The notes under the pieces: generated by a model
Seen by the model: only the letters and a program-made list of their open reading frames with translations
Database searches by the model: none
What the model was told of the DNA's origin: nothing
NCBI GenBank assembly: GCA_965649825.1
Contig: OZ287721.1
Location: 1-46,000 of the forward strand
Source of the DNA: Penicillus capitatus
Taxonomy: Eukaryota; Plantae; Chlorophyta
Direction of reading: 5' to 3'
Length of the DNA stretch: 46,000 nucleotides
Made by a program: the position numbers and the translations under genes
In this document: piece by piece, positions 23,501 through 35,148 of the stretch
Layout of the letters: every line of letters starts with the position of its first letter
How positions within the stretch are numbered: the stretch's first letter is position 1

Positions 23501-25403
23501 CAGAGGCGGAATGGATGGAGAAGCTTCGGAAGAAGATGAGCCACGTTCGGTGATGCATCGAGAACGCCATCGTCTCTGCCGTGGCAGGGCCAGATCGTCC
23601 ACTTGGCGGCTGAAACTCCATGATCTCGTTGGTCGATTTCGATCGGAGACCGTATCCCGAAAGCTTATTCCCAGACATGAAATAACAACGATGCGGAAAC
23701 TCAAGCTTGTACCTAAGAATCATACCAAGCCTTCAATTGTCGTTCGTTTTGATCTCTTCGCACTCAGATGCGGTCGCCGTGCTGCTCCAGATGGACAACG
23801 GCGTGTGCTGCGGGACAACGGATCCAATGTGCGATCCGCCAAGTGGATGGGATGCGTCATTGATGGACCAGAGGATGACATGGGGGCCCATTCCTGTACT
23901 GGATGCAGAGGACTGAGCAGCAATGGCGCCCATGACGGAATGCAGTCGGACGGTTCGAATGCGTGGACGGGACACGCCAATGAGCGATCCACTCTGAGCC
24001 CATGCCGGAACAGCATCCCACAGTTCCATCCAGGATCCATTCCCTGGACCCGACACGTCACCAATGCCACTGACAGAGGCATTGGAATGCATCACATCGG
24101 TCGCCGACGCACTGAAAGTGACGTTTACTGGAACTAAGCTCAATCCTGTCGTGCCATATGCGAAAGAGTGCTCACGATCGGTGTTATGCCGAACCTGTTG
24201 TTTCGCTTCCTGCAAATCTGGCACCGATGCAGGTGAGCTTTCCATCAGACATTTCACCAAAGACCAGAAAAACGCGTGCTTCCTGGTAGGACACACTGTT
24301 GCGTCAGAATGGTGCGTGGCTGGTGGTGCGCTTGCTTTGTGGATGCCGACGCCGCAAATGCGTTTCATTCCTTTCAGAGGTATCTTGTCCACCGGTGCAA
24401 TATGGCTCCGTCCGTGCGAGGCATAAATGCGGACTTCATCCAAAGCGGCCGCGAGAATCAGAGCTGCTCCTGCGATCAAAGGATGGGGCACGACTTCGAA
24501 CTGACCCAGATGTCCATAATTCGAATGCGCCGCTTCTGTCATCGACAGATCGTTAACGGAGTGCATTCCTCATATTCTGAGTTACCTCCAACCACATAGA
24601 GCTTCTTCATGGACGTCTGTTCCATGGCGTAAGCTTGAATGGTCCCATCCGACAACAGCGCCAGCATCACGTCATCTTCTTCTGGATGTCCAGCAATGCC
24701 CATGATACCTGTGGAAGTGAGCTTTGCTGTAAAGGATGTCTTTTGGGATGAGCTGAGCAGCGATCCCTTTGCCATCGGCATCGACGAGAAGGCGACATTG
24801 ACACGTTGCTGACCAGAGGAGGCAAAGAAGATCACAGGCGATGCGGACTAGCACGCAGAAATGCAGCGCAGGCAGGCAGAGAAAACAGAGGGCCTTACTG
24901 GACTCAGTCCCATCAACAGATGCTCCGCCGGACGCGTTTCTTTCTTGAAGGGGATGATGTTTTTGGACCAGGCAGGGCTACCAGGCCTCAGTGTCATGAC
25001 CGACCAATTCTGCACAAGTCATGTATTGCACGGCATTCCTTAACGCGGACATCCAAACAGCATTACTCGAAAGATCAATACAATCTGATTGCCGTCTCTC
25101 GTAAACTGAACAGCAGCCACGACGTTCTGCAGTGGCACGGTGGACATCTTTCCTCCTGAATGGGCATTGTAGAAGGACAGCACCGACCCTGTTCCCTGAA
25201 CTGTGACCTACAGGCTTCCCTGCACTTCTCTGTCTCCATCGCCACTGTCTTACGACGCAGAGAGTCGGGTCCGTCGGATGAAAACAGAGAAATCCGATGC
25301 CTGCTGTCGACCTGTTGTTCGTTGTCACCTGTCCTGTGCTCTTAAGATCCCACACGCGTTCTTTCTCAATCGACAAGTGCCCTTCAATGCCATGCTCATC
25401 CAT
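20588..25403 (-). CDS. TWD40-2: Large WD40/alpha-solenoid protein, TWD40-2/TTRAY2 subunit of the TPLATE/TSET complex, multi-exon
   Basis: Segments HDYRNSVHYPSPIPKGCLMWNRFYAVGLGAVRHGDHELASQLF and FETGVREMEGGNWAGAVEAF...HLDDKHKKLMTMQAVRENIEVGNYGYAKKKVEWL match my recollection of plant TWD40-2; N-terminal FLCFHPTDPTL fits a first WD blade. Homology is from memory, not a search. Confidence 0.75.
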
Positions 25404-25552
25404 AGAAGACACCGAGACGCGCAGAAAGATGATATCGTTGATGGATTTAAACAGACAGCATTTATTGATATTAAGTGAGTGCATCAGGCAGCGGGTTGAG
25501 TGTTCGTCACAGAAGCAGGTCGTGTCGAGTCCGTCAGAATACAGCTCGCAGT

Positions 25553-28043
25553 TCAGCTAAAGGCATCGAACAAGAGTCCTTTTCCATCGGCAACACTGGC
25601 AAAGAAAGGAGCAAAGACTAATGATTCCACGGCCATGAGTTTCACCAAGATGTTGAGAGATGGACCGGATGTATCTTTGAGGGGGTCTCCTACGGTGTCA
25701 CCAATCACGGCGGCTTTGTGTGCATCGGATCCCTTTCCGCCGATCTCTCTCGATTGCTCCGTTGCTCCAGCTTCCAAGTACTTCTTGGCGTTGTCCCAAG
25801 CGCCGCCTGTGTTGGACATGGAGATAGCCATTTGGACGCCAGAGACGAGGGCGCCGATCAAGACGCCTGCCAACATGTGTGTTCCCAACAGGACGCCAAC
25901 AATCACAGGGGTCAACATGACGAGAGCGCCAGGAGCAATCATCTCTCTGAGAGAAGCTTGTGTCGAAATCATGACGCAGCTGCGATAGTCTGGTTTGACG
26001 CTGCCTTCACGGACGCCGTTGTTACGGAACTGTCGACGGACTTCATTCACCATCGCCAGCGCTGCTTTGCCAACAGATTTCATTGTCATGGCACTGAACC
26101 AGTAAGGAAGCATAGCGCCGATTAACAGACCAGCAAACACCTAAACCATACAATCCTGCTGAATCGGCTGAGCGATGGTCCAAACGCAGACTTTGGGGTC
26201 AAGAATGGAGGCATCTTGGATGAGGATCTTGGCACGAGTGACATAGGCTCCGAAGAGTGCGAGAGATACCAGCGCAGCAGATCCGATGGCGAATCCTTTT
26301 CCAATGGCGGCGGTTGTGTTACCGGCCGAGTCTAAAGCGTCGGTTCTTTCGCGGATCTCTGGTCCCATACCGCTCATTTCTGCAATGCCTCCTGCATTGT
26401 CCGAGATTGGACCGTACGCATCGATGGCCAAGCCCGTCGAAAGGGTTGTCAGCATTCCGAGAGCGGCACAAGCAATGCCAAACATTCCAGCCAGTTTAAA
26501 ACTGGTGTAGATACCAGCAGCGATGACGAAGCAGGGAATGATGCAGGACTTGTAACCCAGAGCCAGTCCAAAGATCACATTCGTCGCGGCTCCTGTGCGG
26601 CAGGAATGTGCAACGTCTCTCACTGGACTGAATCGATGACTGGTGAAATACTCGGTCACCACTCCAATAACCAACCCACCCCATAAGCCAGACGCAACAC
26701 AGATAAACATATGCCAGTTCTTGACATCCAGATCTTCTGTCTCGTCCATTGGATCTGGAATGTTAAATTTCTTTGGAAGCGCCATAATAGAAACGAGATA
26801 TGCCACCTGCATCACACCCACCGTGAGATTCGACAGCAAAGCAGCTGACGGTTATACAGGAGTCATGATCGCTGTCGAAAGAATGAGCTGGATCTTGAGT
26901 GTTCGTTCTATCTGACTGATTTCTCTTGCCGGAAAGAAGTCGGTTGCAAACAAAGTGGTAAGGATACAGACAAAGATGCCAAAGGCAGAGATGAGTAAGG
27001 GATACAACATTGCCTGCCATTCTTGATCCTCACTCTCTTTAGCGTAGGATGAGAGAGAGGACACGACCAAAGCAGCACAGGTGGATTCGGCGAAAGAGCC
27101 AAAGAGATCGGCTCCCATTCCAGCCACATCGCCCACCATGTCGCCCACATTGTCGGCAATGACGGCGGGATTTCGGGCATCGTCTTCCGGAATGTCCTCT
27201 TCTACTTTGCCAGCCAAATCGGCACCAACGTCGGCCGCTTTTGTGTAGATTCCGCCGCCAACACGCGTAAACAATGCAATAGCAGATCCTCCGAGTCCAT
27301 ATCCAGTGATTGCTTCAAACAGGCCTTCCCAGTCCTTGTCTCCGTAGATCTAGTACATCCACACTTGTATGTCATTGTTTTTCAAAAGAGTGAGAGGGTA
27401 ACCTGCTTGTAGATCAGGATCACGATATAGATCACAAACAGGCCGCATCCAGATAACAGGAATCCCATGACGGCTCCGGAGCGGAAAGCGCACATGAATG
27501 CCGGCGCAATGCCTTTACGCGCCTCGACCGCTGTTCGTGCGTTCGCAAACGTCGCGATTTTCATTCCCAAAAATCCCGACAGCACCGACGTTGCGGCCCC
27601 CAAAAGGAACGAAATCGTCGAGAAAATTCCATTCCACAACGCAGGCGCTTTTCCGTTTTTCTTTCCCGCGTCGAAAAAATCGTCCCAACCGTCCTCCGAG
27701 CTCAACAGGACGAAGACAATCAAACCGAAGACACCCTAGCCGCACACACCGTCATCTTTGCCGCTCGAAGAACCGTCGCCGTTCTGACCATAAAGACGGC
27801 AAGATAACGATACTCCGTCATCAAGAAGGAATTGGCCCCTTCGCTGATGGCTTCTTGAATGTCGGTGGCGGCGTTGACTACCTCGTCCTCTCCGCGCTGT
27901 TCTTCCTCGAGAAGGTAACTATCGCCGGGTCGAGACCGAACGCTCATTTTGATATTCGCAACGCGTTTCCATAGCCACAAGGCGAAAACGATGCCACAGA
28001 TGGCGGCGACAGGAACGATAGCGGTAACTCCGTCGTCACCCAT
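25553..28043 (-). CDS. AVP1: Vacuolar H+-translocating pyrophosphatase, K+-dependent type I (AVP1-like), multi-exon
   Basis: [82 protein letters not shown] and [18 protein letters not shown]; GNTTAA (Ala, not Lys) is the established K+-dependent signature. Confidence 0.98.
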
Positions 28044-28183
28044 GATGCAAACAGCGTCGGAAAATCAGTCAACGAAGTGCGCCAAAACCGATTTGTAGTC
28101 CACGCGGGACGTCACATCGATCAAGGTAATCACAGCGAACAGGATCAAACGCATTACACAGCACCGAGGCAGGCGAGGAATCT

Positions 28184-29859
28184 ATGGCAGACAACCGTCA
28201 GAACGGCAGCAGTCTTGAGTACTTGACAGGATTTGGTCGATCTCTTAGTAGTTATGGAGGGCAAAGAAGACAGAGGAGATCGATGCTGTAGGAAATGAGT
28301 TGAAATCGGAGGCACTGCCCGGTGCTCTACCTGAAGGACAGAATAACCCAAAAGTACACACATGATAGGAGGATCGTGTTGATAGACGTCCTGTCTGTGG
28401 TGTGTGTCCACCAGACGTGCCCGTTTTCGCTCTATGCCGAGCAGATTTCGGGAACTGCATTTACGGCGCCTAGAACGTAAGGGAGCTGTTTTCGCGAGGC
28501 AGTTCACATATGCATTGTGTGATGATGTGACAGGGAGCAGAAGAGAACATGGTTCTATCGCATCGTGCCGTCCGTGCAGGATAAGATGATGGTGCCATTG
28601 GTCAACAAGCCGTCTCATGTCGTTTCCGATTTCTCTCAATGCTTACCGGATCCGAATCAGCGACGTTGGAGGCCCTTCGAGGTTCCGGATGTCGAATCTG
28701 GAGCACAGGATTTCGTCCGAGGCATCCATACTCTTTGTGGATCTGGAAGGTGGGTGGTTACCAACACGTACATACCACAGTGATGTGACGTTTTGGTGTG
28801 AGCAGTGTATCTGCCAAGTCAGGATATGCTATTCATATCTATCTGGCGAACACAGACATGACAGATGTATCTTTCGTCAATGCCGATGGCGATTTCCTCC
28901 TTGTTCCGCAACAAGGCGCGTCTCACTCATTGCGCTTTTCTAATTTGTGTGAGATGAGAGTGTCTAGGGGGACTGCATGTGACGACAGAGTGCGGCAAAA
29001 TGGATATTGCACCTGGGGAGATATGCATGATCCCGCGTGGCATGCTCTTCTCTGTCGCCCTTCGCGACACCACGGCGAGAGGCTATCTGTTGGAAGTGTA
29101 CGAAGGCCACTTCAAACTTCCCGAATTGGGACCCATCGGTGCACTCCGTTTTGATCTTTTTCTGGCTGTGTGCAAAAAACGGTCTCCTCTGCAGGGACGA
29201 ACGGTTTGGCCAATCCCAGAGATTTTGAACACCCCGTGGCCTGGTATGAAGATCGATCCTGTTCGTTCGAACAGATTACGAAATTCCAGGGCCAATTCTT
29301 CGCTTGCATTCGCGACTATTCCCCTTTCGATGTCGTTGCATGGCACGGGAACTATCTCCCGTTCAAGTATCATCTCTCCAGGTTCTCTCCCGTCAATTCC
29401 GTCCTCTTCGATCATCCGGATCCCTCGATCTTCACCGTCCTGACTGTTCCTTCCAGCATTCCGGGCCAAGCCGTCGTCGATTTCCTCATCTTTCCTCCCC
29501 GTTGGCTCGTGGCAGAAAAGACGTTTCGTCCCCCTTACTTTCACCGTAACTGCATGAATGAGTTTATGGGTGCCATCAAAGGAGACTACGATGCCAAAAC
29601 AGATTTCGAGCCTGGCTGTTCAAGTCTGCACATCTGCATGACGCCTCACGGCCCTGACAAAGACAGCTACGAAGCCAACATCGCTCCGGAGACGGAGCGT
29701 CCTGCACGGATTCCCGATTCCGCTTTGGCTTTTATGTTTGAGACAAATGCCGTTCCTTTGTTAACGCCCTTTGCTTTGGAGACAGATTTTGTGGAGAAGA
29801 ACTACCTCAATGCCTGGAAAGGCTTCGAACGTCGTTTCTCTTCGAAGACCACACATTAG
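28184..29859 (+). CDS. HGD: Homogentisate 1,2-dioxygenase, multi-exon; includes GC-AG intron 28916-28967
   Basis: LEYLTGF|[85 protein letters not shown] and [12 protein letters not shown]. Confidence 0.97.
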
Positions 29860-29870
29860 TTCAAGACGCC

Positions 29871-30821
29871 TTACACTTTTTCTTTGTCCTTTCCCTTTTT
29901 GCCATAGTCAATCAGAATTCGCGTCCTGTATCGACTCTTGATGTGTCCTTTGCCGGGAGGCAGCCCAGGATGGCCCTCCTGTTTTCTCTTTGGCAGCTCG
30001 AAGTGTTGCTTGTTAGCTTCGATTTGTGTCTCTGGCAGCACCTCCCCCACGAAGTCATAGGCATTAGCTCTCTTGAAAGGGACACCCAGTGGAGGCTCCG
30101 GCAGCATCATTCCTCTCCTTAAGTATATTTTTGGCCTGAGCATTGCCCTGAGTCTCAACTTGTCGTAGTACACTAACCGTACTGTCCCTCCGTTTTGTTC
30201 GATCGCTTTTTCGGCTCGAATAGAGCACTTGCTCACTTGAAGATGGACACAGTGTTTGAACTGGGCTGTTCCATTGCCCAGCACTTTAACTCCATCTGGA
30301 ATCTTTTTCCCGATCACGCCCGAATCGCGCAATGTCTTCATGGTAATGATCTCATCTGTGCGGATCTTCCCACTCTCGATCGATCGACTCAGATGGTCCA
30401 GATTCAGAACCGACCAGTTTACGCTGTTCGGATTGGAGAACCCCTTTTTCGGGATCGCTCGACTGAGAGGCGTCTGACCACCTGAAAGAAAAGAGTGAGA
30501 GAAGGATCGATCACACTTTGGTGAATATCATATCCCACCTGCAAAGAGTAAACGTGGCTTCGACCCCGATCGTGCATTCTGCCCTTTCTGTCCACGTCCC
30601 GACGTCTTGCCGCGTCCAGATCCCCTTCCTCTTCCAACCCTTTTGCGTTTCTTCGTCGCTCCAGGATTGTCACGCAAATTATGGAGCGCCACGAACGACT
30701 CTGGCCAGTTTCCCGCATAGAGATTAACCGTCGTCGGCTGCTTTTTGATTGCCGTTGTGAAAAGCCGTATCGATCGTATGGCAGGGAAGGTATACTTGGC
30801 GAGAAGAGCGCCAATCGTCAT
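29871..30821 (-). CDS. rplO: Mitochondrial 50S ribosomal protein L15 (uL15m); intron 30482-30538
   Basis: [40 protein letters not shown]|GQTPL and VKVLGNG; presequence-like N-terminus. Confidence 0.92.
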
Positions 30822-30951
30822 TCTTGCGTGTCAAACACGGGCATCCTCCGCGTTCATGATTTGACAGATGCCGTTCGCGTTCATAACCACAAAGACGACG
30901 AATACCGGACAACGCATTGCCCCTTTTCGTGCATTGCTGCGCCACCACTCG

Positions 30952-33486
30952 ATGTCTGTCTCGGTGCCGTCTGTTCGGCTAAGGAGTGGCCATGACATGC
31001 CATTATTTGGTCTTGGAACCTGGTAAAAAAATGCCTTGTGATGCATCAACACATAGCAAGCCATGCACAGGAAGTCGACAGCACGTCACGAAGTGGAAGA
31101 AGCGGTGAAGGTGGCCATTCAATGTGGGTATCGCCACATCGATTGCGCCAGAATCTATGAAAACGAAAAAGAGGTCGGGAATGCATTGCAATGCTGTATG
31201 ACATACGGTGGGGTAAAACGAGAGGACCTCTTCGTGACATCGAAGCTCTGGTGGGCACCGTGGCATGATAAGGGAGTCTATGGTCTGCGGATGTGGCGAT
31301 AGGAATACGGATCACGCGGCAGAGGATGTGCGAAAGGCTTGTATTCAAAGCATGCAAGATCTACAACTGGATTATCTGGATCTCTATTTGGTAAGCATAG
31401 ACAGGTGCATCGGCTGGAAAAAAAAAACACTTTTGCAAAACAGATGCATTTTCCCGTAACGGGAAGCGTCGGGCCAGTTATGGAGCCGTCTATCAATGAA
31501 ACGTGGCTCGCTATGGAGAAACTCGTCGAAGAAGTCACATCATAGGAGTCTTTGCCGAACATGTGTGACATAAGTGTGATGCAGGGCCTTGTCCGATCGA
31601 TCGGCGTCAGCAACTTTAGTGTTAAAAAGATGAAGGAATTGTTGCAGTACTGCACGATCATTCCTGCTGTGACTCAGGTAAGAGACGATCAAAAAGACAA
31701 GTGTGAGAAAAAGAGTGAGGATACAGATGGAGCTGCATCCATACCTGCGTCAAGAGGTGGCATTGGCCTACTTTAAAGAAAAAGGCATTCATGTGACGGC
31801 CTACTCTCCGTTGGGCTCTCCCGACAGTGCTGCCATCTTTCAGCGCCACCTCGCGCCGGACCTGTTGGGAGATCCCATCGTGAGGGAAGTTGCCGAGAAG
31901 CTAGGGAAGAATGTTGGACAGGTACAGACAGAACGCATTCCTTATACCGACCGATCGCTGCATTCGGATGCTCTCTGCCAGATCTTGATTCGTTGGGGAT
32001 TGCAACGCGACACAAGTGTCCTCGTCAAGAGCGTCAAACCCGAACGCATCAAAGTATGACATTTCCCGCGAGACTATGCATGCATGACTCTTGGACAGAG
32101 TAACATCGAATTGTTTGACTGGGAGATTCCGCAAACAGATCATCACAGACTGTCCTCATTGGACATTCAATTCCGCATTCTTCCGTTCAACTTTTTTCTC
32201 AATCCAAAAGGGCCGTACAAAACGTTGGGAGACTTGTGGGATGACGCGGAGGAAGATACGAGGCTCGAAAAGTATATTCAGAACATGTACACGATGAACG
32301 TCACATCACCCAAGATCGAAATCGCTCCAGGTACTGCAAGACACCACAAGCATCCCGATGTTATTTCTCAGAGGGGTTCAGGAATTCAGATGCCTCTCTT
32401 TGGACTTGGAACGTGGCGCTCTGAGCCTAACGTGATCAAAGATGTCGTGCTGAATGCCATTCGTCTTGGCTACCGTCACATCGACTGTGCGGAAATCTAT
32501 GGGAATGAGCACGAAGTGGGCGACGCTCTGGAGCAGATCTTCAGAGAAGGCGTCGTCAAGCGTGAAGATCTGTGGATCACATCGAAGCTTTGGAATGCGG
32601 ATCACGGTCGTGATCGAGTCCTCCCAGCGATCAAGAAAAGCTTAAGCAATTTGAAACTGGACTACTTGGATCTCTACCTGATTCATTGGCCCGTTGCTGG
32701 AAACACCGGTGCAGAAGTTCGTCCGTCCATCGAGGTGCACGAACGCATTTGGTCTTGCCTCGTGGAGAGATACATGCTTGCATCTCAGGAAACGTGGCAT
32801 GCTATGGAAGAGCTTGTGGACTTGGGACTCACAAAATGCATCGGCATCAGTAATTTCTCCGTTCCAAAGATGCAGGGCATTCTGAGATACGCCAAGATAA
32901 AACCGGCCGTCTGCCAAGTGTGACATCCGGAGACACACACTCGAGAAGCTCCTACGGTTGTCGCTTAGGTGGAGATTCATCCCTATTTCAGAAACGATGC
33001 GCTGGTTGCATGGTGTCGAGAGAACAGCATTCATGTCACGGCCTATTCGCCACTTGGAGGTTCACCAGAAAGCGAAGAAATCTCCAAAAAAGACCTGCCG
33101 AGACTCATGGAGAACAAAGTGGTTGACGAAGTAGCCCAACGCACAGGAAAATCTAAAGGACAGGTAAACAGAGGAGGTCTCTTTCCGGATCAACCGAACG
33201 CCATGAATAACAGGTCTTGATTCGTTGGGGTCTGCAGCATGGCACGAGCATCGTCGCCAAGAGTGTGAAGAAAGAACGTATTAAGGTAAGCCGGCGCTAT
33301 TAAACAGAAAGTCGCCAGAGCGGTTCCGTGTATCAGATGAACCACGATGTGTTTGACTGGAAGCTCTCTTTGGACGATTATGAAGCATTGTCTCGTTTGG
33401 AGCCGCAAACGCGTATGCTGGATCCCGTCCTTTTTCTTCGTCCAGATGGACCTTACACCACATCTGAACAGTTGTGGAACGCGTAA
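30952..33486 (+). CDS. Tandem double aldo-keto reductase (two complete AKR domains in one reading frame), ~12 introns
   Basis: Two sets of [34 protein letters not shown](M/I)H(F/W)P, SNFS, (L/I)HPY, TAYSPLG and IRWGLQ; ORF 32084-32923 runs from the end of domain 1 into domain 2 without a stop. Confidence 0.88.
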
Positions 33487-33685
33487 TGCCCCAGAAGCTG
33501 CTTTTTTAGTTTTTTATATTTTTTGATCGTATGGCTCATATTATTGATACCGTTGGTCGAATTCAGCTCCACATGAACATATGAACATTTCATTGTATGT
33601 GGACCAGTATTCGTCTCTCGGAAAACGTGTCAAGGATCCTCAATTGTTACGACTTTCACTGTCCTCACACATCTTCTGGCATCCA

Positions 33686-35101
33686 TTAATGGACGGAGCT
33701 GTCAAGAAGCACACATGGATCATCATGAAGGACCAGAGTGCGCTTACGTGACGGAGGTTTTCCGTCGAGTGGTGAGGCCTCTATGCCCAGACGCTTCTCC
33801 ACGTCTCTGACAGCCTCTCTGACTCTCTCAATCAATTTTCGCGAACTGTCCAATGCGTCATCGATCGCTTTGACAGCACTCAGATTCGATGCCACCAATA
33901 GCCTCTAGACATCAGGACACCCCTTCAGCAGCACGCACCACGGCAGCTTTAACAGAAAACCTGTGCTTCCAGACCATTAATCTCATCCGTCAGCTTCATA
34001 ATGGTATCCATCAGCACATCGTACTTCTCCTGACAGGCTTTTGTCGAAGCGACCGAGAAGGAACCCTTCAAAATGTCGATGGTCCTCCATACCATGAGAA
34101 AGGGGACGATCGTACGTTTGTATGGAAGGGAATGAGGCCATCCATGACACGTTTGCGGTAAGCTGGGTCCCTCCACTTCTTCTTGATCGCTTCACTGATC
34201 TTTCTTCGTTGCTCGAGTGTTTTGGGAATGCCTCTTAATCCTTTTCGTGGCTCTTTCGGCTTGGGTTCTTTGGGTGGCGTTCTTCTCTTCTTTTGAGTGG
34301 TTCTGGGGGTTGTCCTTCTTCTCCGTCTCTTTATCCCTCCCTCGCGTTTCTGCATTTCTTTCTTCCACTTCCGTTTCTACATCAGATCCTCTCCTTGGCA
34401 GAGGCAGCTGCGCAGACGGGTGATGTACTTTGGCGGATGCTTGTGCCATGGCCACTCTCAGATAGACACGTCTTTCGTATTGCAGTCGAACGTCTCTTCG
34501 GTGAATCGCTTCTTTCGTCCTTTGCCGGATCACATTAATCTCCTCTGCGGCGACACACCCGATGTCACTTTTCTATGAGGACAAGTACCTCTCGCTGTTC
34601 ACCAGGAGACCAACGATGTCCAAGATTCCAAGGGACCTTGCCGACATTTCTCAGTTTAATCTTCATTCGACGATTTCGCTCCTTCTCCGACAGCTCGAGA
34701 TACTTTTCGGGAATCACATGCCATTCACGTTCCCATCGAAAGTAATGTATATTGGGTCGAAAAGTCACACTCTCTCGCGAGAAGACGCCATTGAGTGGCC
34801 CCATGATATACTCAAACTCTCGGATCATCATAATTCCATCCACACGGGACGCCGCAGGTGTCGCTTCAGAGGCGGAAGCGTCTTCGGCCACGACAGAGGG
34901 TTGCCCAAAAGACACCATTCCGACGCGGGCGAGGACAGAGGCACAGCGTTTTTTCTGTTTCGACGAAGGAGAAGACGATGCATAAATTCGAACCGTCTGC
35001 TCACGTCTCGTTATTCGGTGCGGCCCTCGGCATCGCGTTAGAGCACACGTAGAGGGGCATCTCGTCCAGGCGTTGGTGTTCGGCAGACAACGTTCCCACA
35101 T
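33686..35101 (-). CDS. NUMOD3 (nuclease-associated modular domain 3)-containing protein, probably plastid-targeted
   Basis: ERNRRMKIKLRNVGKVPWNLGHRWSP...KIRQRTKEAI and PKTLEQRRKISEAIKKKWRDPAYRKRV resemble the two NUMOD3-like helices of the conserved plant protein; transit-peptide-like N-terminus. Confidence 0.68.
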
Positions 35102-35148
35102 CGAAGGTGTCGAGCGATGTGACGGCTCGTCGTGGCCACGGAACGTAT

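Noticed and set aside
8426-33486. Nucleosome-length periodicity of intron positions
   Set aside because: Spacings in ISWI and AKR range from ~130 to ~280 nt with no consistent period by eye; this needs genome-wide data.
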